DNA of 64,000 bases, from the NCBI GenBank assembly GCA_937872685.1, contig CALMTS010000500.1, forward strand, positions 11,560 to 75,559. Direction: 5' to 3'. Under the pieces are notes generated by a model, which was not told the DNA's origin, ran no database searches, and worked only from the letters and a program-made list of their open reading frames with translations. Within the stretch, counting starts at the first letter, position 1, and each line of letters opens with the position of its first letter. The position numbers and the translations under genes were made by a program. Positions 27,235 to 35,654 of the stretch are shown here, one piece after another. Source of the DNA: an uncultured Desulfomicrobium sp. GTDB taxonomy: Bacteria; Desulfobacterota; Desulfovibrionia; Desulfovibrionales; Desulfomicrobiaceae.

Positions 27235-28256
27235 GCCTGCCTCGCCTTGTACCATGAATCCATGAACTGGCGATAGGCGCCGCTCTGCACTTCGTCAAGC
27301 CAGGCCCCGTTGGCTTCGTACCAGGCCAGGGTCCGGGCCATGCCTTCCTCGAAGGAGACCTGCGGCGTCCAGCCCAGGTCCGCCGTGGAACGGTCGAAGG
27401 CCATGGCGTAGCGCCTGTCGTGCCCGGGCCGGTCCGTGACGAAGGTGATGAGGTCTTCGCTTCTGCCCGTCAGGCGCAGGATGGTGCGCACCACTTCGAG
27501 GTTCGTGCGCTCGGCGTCGCCGCCGAAGTTGTAGACCGCGCCGGGCGTGCCCCGGAACAGCGCGGCTTCGACGCCCCGGCAGTGGTCCAGGACGTAGATC
27601 CAGTCGCGCACGTTCAGGCCGTCGCCGTAAACCGGGATGCGCTCGTTGCGCGAGGCCTTGAGGTAAACCAGCGGGATCAGCTTTTCGGGGAACTGGTAGG
27701 GCCCGTAGTTGTTGGAGCAGCGGGTGATGATGACGGGCATGCCGTAGGTGTGGAAATACGCCCGGGCCAGCAGGTCCGAGGAGGCCTTGGAGGCCGAGTA
27801 GGGGGAGTTCGGGGCCAGGGGCGTGTCCTCGGTGAACTGCCCGGTGGGGCCAAGGGTGCCGTAGACTTCGTCCGTGGAGATGTGCACGAAGCGCGGGATG
27901 CCGGCGCGCCGGGCCGCTTCAAGCAGGTTCTGGGTTCCGACCACGTTGGTGCTGATGAAGGGGAACGGATCGCTGATGGAGCGGTCCACATGGGATTCGG
28001 CCGCGAAATTGAGCACCGCGCTGAAGGGGAAGCGGGTCAGCAGGTCCGGCACGAGTTCCTGGTCGCAGATGTCGCCGTGCACGAAGTGGTAACGGGTGCC
28101 CAGATGCCGTTCCTCCACCTCGGCCAGGTTGCGGCGGTTGCCGGCGTAGGTCAGCTTGTCGAGGTTGACGATGGTCAGTCCGTCATGCGCGGCGAGCATG
28201 TGCTGGATGAAATTGGAGCCGATGAAGCCGCAGCCTCCGGTGACGAGCAGATGCAT
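27231..28256 (-). CDS. rfbB: dTDP-glucose 4,6-dehydratase
   Basis: GGCGFIGSN, AAESHVDRSI, STDEVYG, YSASK, NNYGPYQFPEKLIP, DRPGHDRRY. Confidence 0.95.
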   Translation of the reverse strand: MHLLVTGGCGFIGSNFIQHMLAAHDGLTIVNLDKLTYAGNRRNLAEVEERHLGTRYHFVHGDICDQELVPDLLTRFPFSAVLNFAAESHVDRSISDPFPFISTNVVGTQNLLEAARRAGIPRFVHISTDEVYGTLGPTGQFTEDTPLAPNSPYSASKASSDLLARAYFHTYGMPVIITRCSNNYGPYQFPEKLIPLVYLKASRNERIPVYGDGLNVRDWIYVLDHCRGVEAALFRGTPGAVYNFGGDAERTNLEVVRTILRLTGRSEDLITFVTDRPGHDRRYAMAFDRSTADLGWTPQVSFEEGMARTLAWYEANGAWLDEVQSGAYRQFMDSWYKARQA

Positions 28257-28370
28257 GTGTTCTCCATTCTTCGCGGTTCTTGACGGAAGCGTGATTGACA
28301 GCCAATTGATTGGGGCGCTTGAAGCCGTGCCTTCCGCGCAGCCATAGAAAATATGCAAAGAGAATCCAAG

Positions 28371-28841
28371 ATGCAAATTACCCTTTACGAACCCGAGATC
28401 CCGCCCAACACCGGAACCATCGCCCGCCTCTGCGCCGCCACCACGACCCGGTTGAACCTCATCGAACCCCTTGGATTCAGCCTGGAAGACAGGTATCTCA
28501 AGCGTGCCGGCCTGGATTACTGGCCCCACGTGGACAAGCGCGTCTGGCCTTCCTGGGACGCCTTTCTGCAAGGGCGGGATGCGGGACGGCTGGTCTTCAC
28601 CAGCGCGCGCCAGGGTACGGCCTACCACCGTTTCGACTTCCGGCCGGACGACATCATCGTTCTCGGGCCGGAAACCAGGGGGCTGCCCCCCGAGGTGCTG
28701 AGCGGCGCGAAACACCTGGTCCGCATGCCCATCTGGGGGCAGGTCCGCAGCGTCAACCTGGCCAACGCGGCGGCCGTGCTGCTCTATGAAGCCTATCGCC
28801 AGACCGGGGAACTGGACAGGCGCGAGGACGCGCCGCAATAA
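28371..28841 (+). CDS. trmL: tRNA (cytidine/uridine-34-2'-O)-methyltransferase
   Basis: EPEIPPNTG, RAGLDYW, GPETRGL, RSVNLAN. Confidence 0.92.
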   Translation: MQITLYEPEIPPNTGTIARLCAATTTRLNLIEPLGFSLEDRYLKRAGLDYWPHVDKRVWPSWDAFLQGRDAGRLVFTSARQGTAYHRFDFRPDDIIVLGPETRGLPPEVLSGAKHLVRMPIWGQVRSVNLANAAAVLLYEAYRQTGELDRREDAPQ

Positions 28842-28858
28842 TCCTTTGAGGAAACGCC

Positions 28859-29827
28859 ATGCTGGAAGCGCTCTACGCCCTGCCCTTGAACCTCTCCCTG
28901 TTCGTTTTTCTGTTGGGCTGCGTGGCCCTGGACCTGCTTTTCGGAGACCCCAGGGACTGGCCGCATCCCGTGCGCCTCATCGGCCTTGTCCTGAACCGCA
29001 TCGAGAACCGGGCGCGCGGTTCGCGGCTGGGTCCCCTTCTGGCCGGAGGACTGGTCACCCTGGGCCTGGCCCTGGGTTGCGCCTGGCTGGTGGACCTGCT
29101 TACGGGCCTTCCCCTGGCGGGCGAGATGCTGGCCCTGTACCTGGGTTACGCGGGCCTGGCCCTGGGATGTCTGCTGCGGGAGACCGAGGCGGTGCTGAAC
29201 CTGCTCGAGAGCGGGCGCCTGGCCGCGGCCCGCGCGCACCTCTCGGGCCTGGTCAGCCGCGATACCGAGGACATGAACGAGGAAGAGGTCCTGCGGGCCC
29301 TGGGCGAGACGTTGGCCGAGAATTTCAACGACGGCTTCGTCGCCCCGTTTTTCTGGCTGTCCCTGCTGGGCCCCGCCGCCCTGTGGGCCTACAAGGCCGT
29401 GAGCACGGTCGATTCCATGTGGGGCTACCGCACGGAACGTTTCGAGAAGCTGGGCAAGGCCGGGGCGCTCGCGGACGACGCGCTGGCCTGGCTGCCGGCA
29501 CGGCTGTCGGCCCTGCTGATCTGGCTCGCGGGGCGGATATCGGGCCTGGCGGCGCCGTGGAAGGACATCGCCGCCGACGCCCGGACCATGGACAGCCCCA
29601 ACGCCGGCTGGCCCATGAGCGCCGCGGCCCACACGGCAGGCGTGAGCATGGGCGGGCCGACGCGCTATTTCGGCCAGATCAAGGACAAGCCGCCGCTGGG
29701 CCCCCTGGGCGTGACGTGGACCGCCGGAGGCGTCCGGCGCATGCGGCGGATCATCGTCGGCGCGGCCATGCTGGCCGTTTCGATTCTGACGGTTCTCGGC
29801 AGCGCGCTTGCGTGGTGGACCCTTTAG
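28859..29827 (+). CDS. cbiB: Adenosylcobinamide-phosphate synthase
   Basis: GDPRDWPHPV, VSRDT, AENFNDG, YKAVSTVDSMWGY, SPNAGWP. Confidence 0.92.
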   Translation: MLEALYALPLNLSLFVFLLGCVALDLLFGDPRDWPHPVRLIGLVLNRIENRARGSRLGPLLAGGLVTLGLALGCAWLVDLLTGLPLAGEMLALYLGYAGLALGCLLRETEAVLNLLESGRLAAARAHLSGLVSRDTEDMNEEEVLRALGETLAENFNDGFVAPFFWLSLLGPAALWAYKAVSTVDSMWGYRTERFEKLGKAGALADDALAWLPARLSALLIWLAGRISGLAAPWKDIAADARTMDSPNAGWPMSAAAHTAGVSMGGPTRYFGQIKDKPPLGPLGVTWTAGGVRRMRRIIVGAAMLAVSILTVLGSALAWWTL

Positions 29828-29846
29828 GGTGCCGAAGGTCCCGCTT

Positions 29847-30689
29847 TCAGGCTTCCCACCGCCCCCATGTGCCGCTGGGCAGGTCCAGGACGTCCTCGCC
29901 TCCCCGCAGGAGCATTTCTCCGCAGGAAAGGGTTCCGGGGCCGAAGGTCTGTTCCAGCAGGTTGCGGAGCACGATGGGTGAAAAACCCGGAGTGTGGGAG
30001 GTCAGCAGGACGAAGAGGGGCGTGTCGCTCAGCACCTGGCGGACCAGGTCGAGGGTCTCCTGCACGTTCTTCTCGACCTTGTAGAGTTCCCCGCGCTTGC
30101 CCCGGCCGAAGGACGGCGGGTCCAGCAGCACGCAGTCGTACTTGCGGCCGCGGCGCACCTCCCGCTTCAGGAAGGCGCTGACGTCGTCCACGATGAAGCG
30201 GATGCCCGCATCCTGCAGGCCGTTCAGGGCCGCATTGCTCCGGGCCCATTCGACCATGCCCTTGGATGCGTCGAGGTGGCAGCACTCGGCCCCGGCGCGG
30301 GCCGCGGCAAGGGTCGCGCCGCCGGAATAGGCGAAGAGGTTCAGGAAGCGCGGGGCCTGCTCCCGCACGGTTTTGGCTTCCTGCACCCTGCCGGCGATCC
30401 ACTCCCATTGGTCCAGTGTTTCCGGGAAAATGCCCAGATGGCCGAAATCCGTCGTCGAGAGGCGCATGCGCACTCCGCGTACCGTGACGGCCCACTCCTC
30501 GGGCAGCCGTTCGCGGCCGTGCCAGTTCAGACCGTCCTTGCGGTCGAAAGTGGCGCTGGCCGAATCCCAGAGCTCGGGCTGCCTGGGTTCCCATACGGCC
30601 TGGGCGCAGGGCCTGGCCAGGATGACGGAGCCGAAGCGTTCGAGTTTCTGTCCGTTGCCGCTGTCGAGAAGTTCGTAATCGTCCTGCAT
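29847..30689 (-). CDS. Class I SAM-dependent methyltransferase (RlmI/YwbD-like)
   Basis: [32 protein letters not shown]. Confidence 0.8.
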   Translation of the reverse strand: MQDDYELLDSGNGQKLERFGSVILARPCAQAVWEPRQPELWDSASATFDRKDGLNWHGRERLPEEWAVTVRGVRMRLSTTDFGHLGIFPETLDQWEWIAGRVQEAKTVREQAPRFLNLFAYSGGATLAAARAGAECCHLDASKGMVEWARSNAALNGLQDAGIRFIVDDVSAFLKREVRRGRKYDCVLLDPPSFGRGKRGELYKVEKNVQETLDLVRQVLSDTPLFVLLTSHTPGFSPIVLRNLLEQTFGPGTLSCGEMLLRGGEDVLDLPSGTWGRWEA

Positions 30690-30705
30690 GAGTGCTCCAT
30701 AAGCG

Positions 30706-30741
30706 AAAAACCCTTCCGGGCGGCTTGCCTGGAAGGGTTTT
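30706..30741. terminator. Terminator hairpin downstream of tRNA-Val
   Basis: AAAACCCTTCC/GGAAGGGTTTT 11-bp inverted repeat with A/T tails. Confidence 0.75.
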
Positions 30742-30748
30742 GTGGTCG

Positions 30749-30824
30749 TGGTGGGCGATACGGGATTTGAACCTGTGACTTCCACCGTGTGAAGATGGCA
30801 CTCTCACCACTGAGTTAATCGCCC
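30749..30824 (-). tRNA. tRNA-Val (anticodon CAC), CCA encoded
   Basis: GGGCGAT/ATCGCCC acceptor stem, D-stem ACTC/GAGT, anticodon loop TTCACAC, T-loop TTCAAAT; 76 nt. Confidence 0.96.
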
Positions 30825-30834
30825 GAGGAGAAAG

Positions 30835-30863
30835 CCTTTAGCTCCGGCCCCATCGTCTGTCAA
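30835..30863 (-). promoter_or_regulatory. Sigma70 promoter of tRNA-Val
   Basis: TTGACA-17-TAAAGG ending 10 nt before the tRNA 5' end. Confidence 0.55.
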
Positions 30864-30891
30864 GAATTTCCCCGTTGCGGATTCGGCGTGA

Positions 30892-31422
30892 TCACAGATT
30901 CTTTTGCAGTTCGAGAAACGCATGCCCTTTCGGGGTGAAATGACGGTCACCGCTCATGCCGGTGATCTGGGCATATCCCAGTCTGATCCAGAATCTCAGC
31001 GCATTCCAGTTTTTGAGTCCCACGCCGACCCGGATGTATCTCGCGGGCCCGAGGCGCAGCAACGCCTCCAGCCGCCGGCAGATCTCCCGGCCAAGGCCCG
31101 CCCCCTGGTGATCCGGATGCAGGAAGAGTTCGCCGATGTAGGCCACGTTTTTCATCGGGTAGCCGACGCACAGGCTCAGCAGCCCTATTGGATCTTCGGA
31201 GCGGACATCGCAGAGGATCAGGTTGTGCAGGCCGGTTGAGGGGACTTTGGGGGGGAGGTTTTCCCGGAGCGTGAACCGCCGGGTGAGGACAAGGGGATCG
31301 CTCTCCCGGTCCAGCAGGACGAGGAGCTCCCGGTTGCCTTCATAGATGCCCGCGATCTCCGGGGCATCGGCTTCGGTCACGGGCCGGGCGAGGATGCGTG
31401 CGCTGCGGAATGATTCTGCCAT
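30892..31422 (-). CDS. GNAT family N-acetyltransferase
   Basis: ELFLHPDHQGAGLG acetyl-CoA motif, NWNALRFWIRLGY. Start uncertain (no SD). Confidence 0.75.
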   Translation of the reverse strand: MAESFRSARILARPVTEADAPEIAGIYEGNRELLVLLDRESDPLVLTRRFTLRENLPPKVPSTGLHNLILCDVRSEDPIGLLSLCVGYPMKNVAYIGELFLHPDHQGAGLGREICRRLEALLRLGPARYIRVGVGLKNWNALRFWIRLGYAQITGMSGDRHFTPKGHAFLELQKNL

Positions 31423-31423
31423 G

Positions 31424-31446
31424 AAAAAAGGCGGCCCGAGGCCGCC
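31424..31446 (-). terminator. Intrinsic terminator after ndk-proC
   Basis: GGCGGCC/GGCCGCC stem immediately after the proC stop, followed by T6. Confidence 0.75.
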
Positions 31447-32238
31447 CTAGTCTGCAAGTTCCCTGCTGCGCCGGGCGGCCGCCTGGACCGCCTGGGAAAG
31501 GGCGAATTTGAACCGGTGTTCGTCCAGGGCATTGAGGCCCGCGATGGTCGTGCCGCCAGGGGAGGTGACCATTTCCTTGAGCATGGTGGGATGCGCCCCG
31601 TCGGCTTCGGCCATGAGGGCGCAGCCGCCGACCAGACCCGTGACCATGCCCGTGGCCTGGGATCGGGTCAGGCCCAGGGTCACTCCGGCGTCGATGAGGC
31701 CTTCCATGAATGCGTAGACGTAGGCCGGGCCGGAACCGATGAGACCGGTGTAGGCGTCGAAGAGCTTCTCGGGCAGGACGTGGGCCTGGCCGATGGATGC
31801 GAATGTCTCCTGGACGGTCTTGCGGCAGTCTTCGGTCACGAGCTCGTGGTCGAAGCAGAGCGCATAGACGCCCTTGCCGACCATGGCCGGGGTGTTGGGC
31901 ATGACCCTGATCACGGGGCAGGTCTGGCCGGACCAGGCGGACAGCTGCGCAACGGTCACCCCGGCTGCGATGGAAACAAGGCACGTTTCGGGCCCAAGGG
32001 ACTCGGCCAGTCCGCCCAGCACGGGGCGCATGACCTGCGGTTTGACGGCCAGAAGGACGAAGTCGGAATTTTTCGCCACGTCCTGCGCGGTCGCGTGGAT
32101 GGTCATGATGTCGGCGTTCTTGCGGCACATGCCCTCGCTGGGGTCGAAGCCGTGCAGCTCGAAGGAGCCTCCCGAGGCCAGCCCGCGGGCGATGGCCCCA
32201 CCCATGTTCCCAAGTCCGATGAACCCGAATCGTTTCAT
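31447..32238 (-). CDS. proC: Pyrroline-5-carboxylate reductase
   Basis: GFIGLGNMG, LAVKPQ, RVMPNTP, GSGPAY, VTSPGGTT. TAATG overlap with ndk. Confidence 0.95.
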   Translation of the reverse strand: MKRFGFIGLGNMGGAIARGLASGGSFELHGFDPSEGMCRKNADIMTIHATAQDVAKNSDFVLLAVKPQVMRPVLGGLAESLGPETCLVSIAAGVTVAQLSAWSGQTCPVIRVMPNTPAMVGKGVYALCFDHELVTEDCRKTVQETFASIGQAHVLPEKLFDAYTGLIGSGPAYVYAFMEGLIDAGVTLGLTRSQATGMVTGLVGGCALMAEADGAHPTMLKEMVTSPGGTTIAGLNALDEHRFKFALSQAVQAAARRSRELAD

Positions 32239-32654
32239 TATCCCACCAGTTCCAGTGCGTTGAAGAAGTATGCGATTTCGACGGCTGCAGTATCCTGACC
32301 ATCGGAACCGTGGCAGGAGTTCTTTTCGATGTCCAGCGCGTATTTCTTGCGGATGGTGCCTTCGGCGGCGTTGTCCTTGTTGGTGGCGCCCATCAGGTCG
32401 CGGTACTTCTGCACGGCGTTTTCGCCTTCCAGGCACATGACGACGCAGGGGCCGGAGCACATGTAGTCGGTCAGGCTGCCGAAGAAGGGGCGTTCCCTGT
32501 GCACGGCGTAGAAACCTTCGGCCTGGGCCTTGGTCATGTGGATCATCTTCATGCCCACGATGCGCAGGCCGGCGCCTTGGATCATGGCCATGATTTCGCC
32601 CTGCAGGTTGCGGGCGACGGCGTCGGGTTTGATGATGGAGAAAGTGCGTTCCAT
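32238..32654 (-). CDS. ndk: Nucleoside-diphosphate kinase
   Basis: [23 protein letters not shown] (phospho-His). Confidence 0.96.
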   Translation of the reverse strand: MERTFSIIKPDAVARNLQGEIMAMIQGAGLRIVGMKMIHMTKAQAEGFYAVHRERPFFGSLTDYMCSGPCVVMCLEGENAVQKYRDLMGATNKDNAAEGTIRKKYALDIEKNSCHGSDGQDTAAVEIAYFFNALELVG

Positions 32655-32842
32655 AAAATGCTCCTTGGAATGATTTTTTGCGCGCTCCTATCCTTTGGGG
32701 GCGGAAAATACAAGGAGAATCGCGCATTGTATTGTTTGGTCACTCAAGTTGTATTTTTTGTCCCAAGGCGAAAATCTGTTGGTCTCTTGCAGCCTTGTCG
32801 TGTATCCCATCCGGGAAGCCTTTGACATGAACGGAGGAAACC

Positions 32843-33403
32843 ATGAGCAAAAAACGTCTTTATGAGATTATCTATGAAGTAAGCCGGACGGTGAATTCCA
32901 GCCTTGATCCGGGCGAGGTTTTGAACCGCATCGCCGAACAGGTCACGAGCGCCATGGACGTGAAGGGGTGCTTCATCCGCCTCTTGGACCGCAGCGGCAA
33001 GATTCTCAAGCCTGCGGCCTCGTACGGGTTGAGCGAACGCTACGCCAAGAAGGGCGTGGTTGACGTGGAGAAGAGCGGTCTGGACCGCGAGGCCTTCACG
33101 GGCAAGGTGGTGCAGATCGCCGACGCCAGCTCGGACCCCCGCTTCCAGTACGGCAAGGAGGCCGCGGCGGAAGGGCTCGTGTCAGTGCTGGTCGCGCCCA
33201 TGTTCGTGGAGGGCAGCCGGCCCATCGGGGTGCTGCGGGTCTATACGGGCGAGCGGCGCGAGTTCGGGGAGGAGGACATCGGGTTCCTGCAGGCCATCGC
33301 CAACATTTCGGCCATCGCCATCGAGAACGCGCGCATGCACCAGACCCTCAAGCGCCAGATGGAACTGATCAACGCCTACGACTACCAGGTTTTTGAAGAC
33401 TAG
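32843..33403 (+). CDS. Stand-alone GAF domain protein
   Basis: DPRFQY, SVLVAPM, GVLRVYT, AIAIENA. GGAGG SD; no output domain. Confidence 0.8.
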   Translation: MSKKRLYEIIYEVSRTVNSSLDPGEVLNRIAEQVTSAMDVKGCFIRLLDRSGKILKPAASYGLSERYAKKGVVDVEKSGLDREAFTGKVVQIADASSDPRFQYGKEAAAEGLVSVLVAPMFVEGSRPIGVLRVYTGERREFGEEDIGFLQAIANISAIAIENARMHQTLKRQMELINAYDYQVFED

Positions 33404-33412
33404 GGGGATGAA

Positions 33413-34432
33413 ATGGGAAAAATACGCATAGGAATCAATGGATTCGGGCGCATCGGCCGCCAGGTTCTGAAGACGGTCTGGCAGCGCCACCGCGACACCC
33501 TGGAAGTCGTCGCCATCAATGACCTTTTCGACACGCAGACCAACGCACATCTGTTACGGCATGACACCTCCTACGGTCGCTTCGCCCCGGAAGTCACGGC
33601 CGACGCCGAAACCATCCGGATCGGCGGGGAGTGGGAGATCAAGAGCTTTGCCCAGCGCGACCCCAAGCTCATCCCGTGGCGGTCCTGCGGGGTGGACATC
33701 GTGGTCGAGTCCACGGGCATCTTCCGCACCGGTCCGACGGCGGCCCAGCACCTTGAGGCCGGCGCGAAGAAGGTCATCATCACCGCGCCCTCCAAGGACG
33801 AGGACCTGACCGTGGTCATCGGCGTGAACGAAGGCCAGTACGACCCGGCCAAACATCACATCGTGTCCAACGCCTCCTGCACCACCAATTGCCTGGCCCC
33901 GGCGGTCAAGGTCATGCACGAGAAGTTCGGCGTGGCCAAGGGCGTGCTGACCACGGTCCATGCCTATACCAACGACCAGCGCATCCTGGACCTGCCGCAC
34001 AAGGATCTGCGCCGGGCCCGCGCCGCGGCCTGCAACATGATCCCGACCTCCACCGGCGCGGCCAAGGCCGTGGCCAAGGTCCTGCCCGAGATGGCCGGCC
34101 GCTTCGACGGCTATTCCGTGCGCGTGCCCGTGCCGGCCGTGTCCCTGGTGGACTTCGTGGCGGTGCTTGAGCGCGACACGACCGCCGAGGAGCTCAAGGC
34201 GGCCTTCAAGGCGGCTTCCGAGGGCGAACTCAAGGGCATTCTCGGCTACAGCGAGGAGGCCCTGGTCTCCTCGGATTTCATCGCCGACCCGCATTCGGGC
34301 GTGGTGGAGGCGGACTTCACCACGGTCCAGTGCGGCAACCTGGCCAAGGTGCTCATCTGGTACGACAACGAATGGGGCTATTCCAGCCGCGTGGCGGATC
34401 TGGCCCATCTCATGGGGCAGAAAGGGCTCTAG
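33413..34432 (+). CDS. gap: Type I glyceraldehyde-3-phosphate dehydrogenase, probably NAD-dependent
   Basis: [25 protein letters not shown]. The Asp in AINDL and the LP in DLPHKD match the NAD-type signature. Confidence 0.96.
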   Translation: MGKIRIGINGFGRIGRQVLKTVWQRHRDTLEVVAINDLFDTQTNAHLLRHDTSYGRFAPEVTADAETIRIGGEWEIKSFAQRDPKLIPWRSCGVDIVVESTGIFRTGPTAAQHLEAGAKKVIITAPSKDEDLTVVIGVNEGQYDPAKHHIVSNASCTTNCLAPAVKVMHEKFGVAKGVLTTVHAYTNDQRILDLPHKDLRRARAAACNMIPTSTGAAKAVAKVLPEMAGRFDGYSVRVPVPAVSLVDFVAVLERDTTAEELKAAFKAASEGELKGILGYSEEALVSSDFIADPHSGVVEADFTTVQCGNLAKVLIWYDNEWGYSSRVADLAHLMGQKGL

Positions 34433-34457
34433 GCGGGACCGTCTCCGCCGCAGCCAT

Positions 34458-34497
34458 CTCCCCCTGCCGGGTTTTCCCGGCGGGGGGATTTTTTTTG
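34458..34497 (+). terminator. Intrinsic terminator after gap
   Basis: GC-rich imperfect hairpin (CCCC..GCCGGG/CCCGGC..GGGG) followed by a T run. Confidence 0.7.
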
Positions 34498-34705
34498 TCG
34501 TGCGGCCTGGTCGTTGCACGCGCCGGGGAGGGAACGCGGAGTTTCGCCTTTCCAGGGCGGAACCCCGGACAATTTTCACACATGGCCCCGCACATCTGTG
34601 CAGAAATTCGCACTTGATTTCAGGCGAAATTCTGTTCTAGCGCAGGCGTGTCCAAGGCGGCCCGGGGTTGCGGCCGCACAACATCAACCATTCCAAGGAG
34701 CTGTC

Positions 34706-35644
34706 ATGATCGAAGCACAACATCTGGGCATGCAGTTCGGCCCGGTCACGGCTCTGGCGGATGCCTCATTCGACGTCCGTCAGGGCGAGGTCCTGGGCCT
34801 GCTCGGTCCCAACGGGGCGGGCAAGTCCACCGCCATGAAGATCCTGACCACCTATCTGCGCCCCACCTCCGGCTCGGCCAAGGTCTGCGGGTTCGACACG
34901 GTCCGGGAGCCGCTGCAGGTCCGCCGCAGGATCGGGTATCTGCCGGAGAACCTGCCCCTGTACCTGCAGATGGAGACAGGTGAATACCTCGATTTCGTGG
35001 CCCGGGCCCGGGGGCTCTCCGGGGCGCGGCTGAAGGAGCGGCTGGAGTGGGTCCTGAACAGGACCGGGCTTGTGCCCATGTTTCACCGGCCCATCGGCGA
35101 ATTGTCCAAGGGGTACCGCCAGCGCACCGCCCTGGCCCAGGCCCTGGTCCACGACCCCGAGGTCATCATCCTCGACGAGCCGACCACGGGTCTCGACCCG
35201 CACCAGATCCTGGAGATCCGGGACCTGATCAAAGAGCTGGCCGCGACCAAGACCGTGCTTTTTTCCACCCACATCCTGCAGGAGGTCGAGGCCATCGCCG
35301 ACCGTGTGGTCATCATCAGTCAGGGAGAGGTCAGGGCCCGCGGGACGCTGGAGGAATTGGCCCTGCTGGCCGGCGTCAGGACGCGCGGCATGGCCGAGAT
35401 CCGGGCGCCGTTCGCCGAGATCGGGCCGGCCCTGGATGCGATCGGGCTGGCGCAGGCCGAACTGCTGCGCGAAGGGGACGGCTGGACCCGCGTGCGTTTC
35501 GCGGCTGCGGACCCGGGCGGGGATATGGAGAAGGTCGCCGCGCTCTGCGCCGGCAAGTCCTGGCATCTGAGGGAGTTGACCATGCCGGGCACGTCCCTGG
35601 AGGAGGCCTTCCTGGCCCTGACACACGCGGAACAGGCGGCCTGA
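34706..35644 (+). CDS. ABC transporter ATP-binding protein (GldA-like)
   Basis: GPNGAGKST, LSKGYRQR signature, ILDEPT, FSTH. Confidence 0.9.
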   Translation: MIEAQHLGMQFGPVTALADASFDVRQGEVLGLLGPNGAGKSTAMKILTTYLRPTSGSAKVCGFDTVREPLQVRRRIGYLPENLPLYLQMETGEYLDFVARARGLSGARLKERLEWVLNRTGLVPMFHRPIGELSKGYRQRTALAQALVHDPEVIILDEPTTGLDPHQILEIRDLIKELAATKTVLFSTHILQEVEAIADRVVIISQGEVRARGTLEELALLAGVRTRGMAEIRAPFAEIGPALDAIGLAQAELLREGDGWTRVRFAAADPGGDMEKVAALCAGKSWHLRELTMPGTSLEEAFLALTHAEQAA

Positions 35645-35654
35645 GGAGAACATC

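Noticed and set aside
30749-30824. tRNA-Val as a possible island integration site
   Set aside because: No duplicated 3' end, integrase or foreign genes seen next to it.
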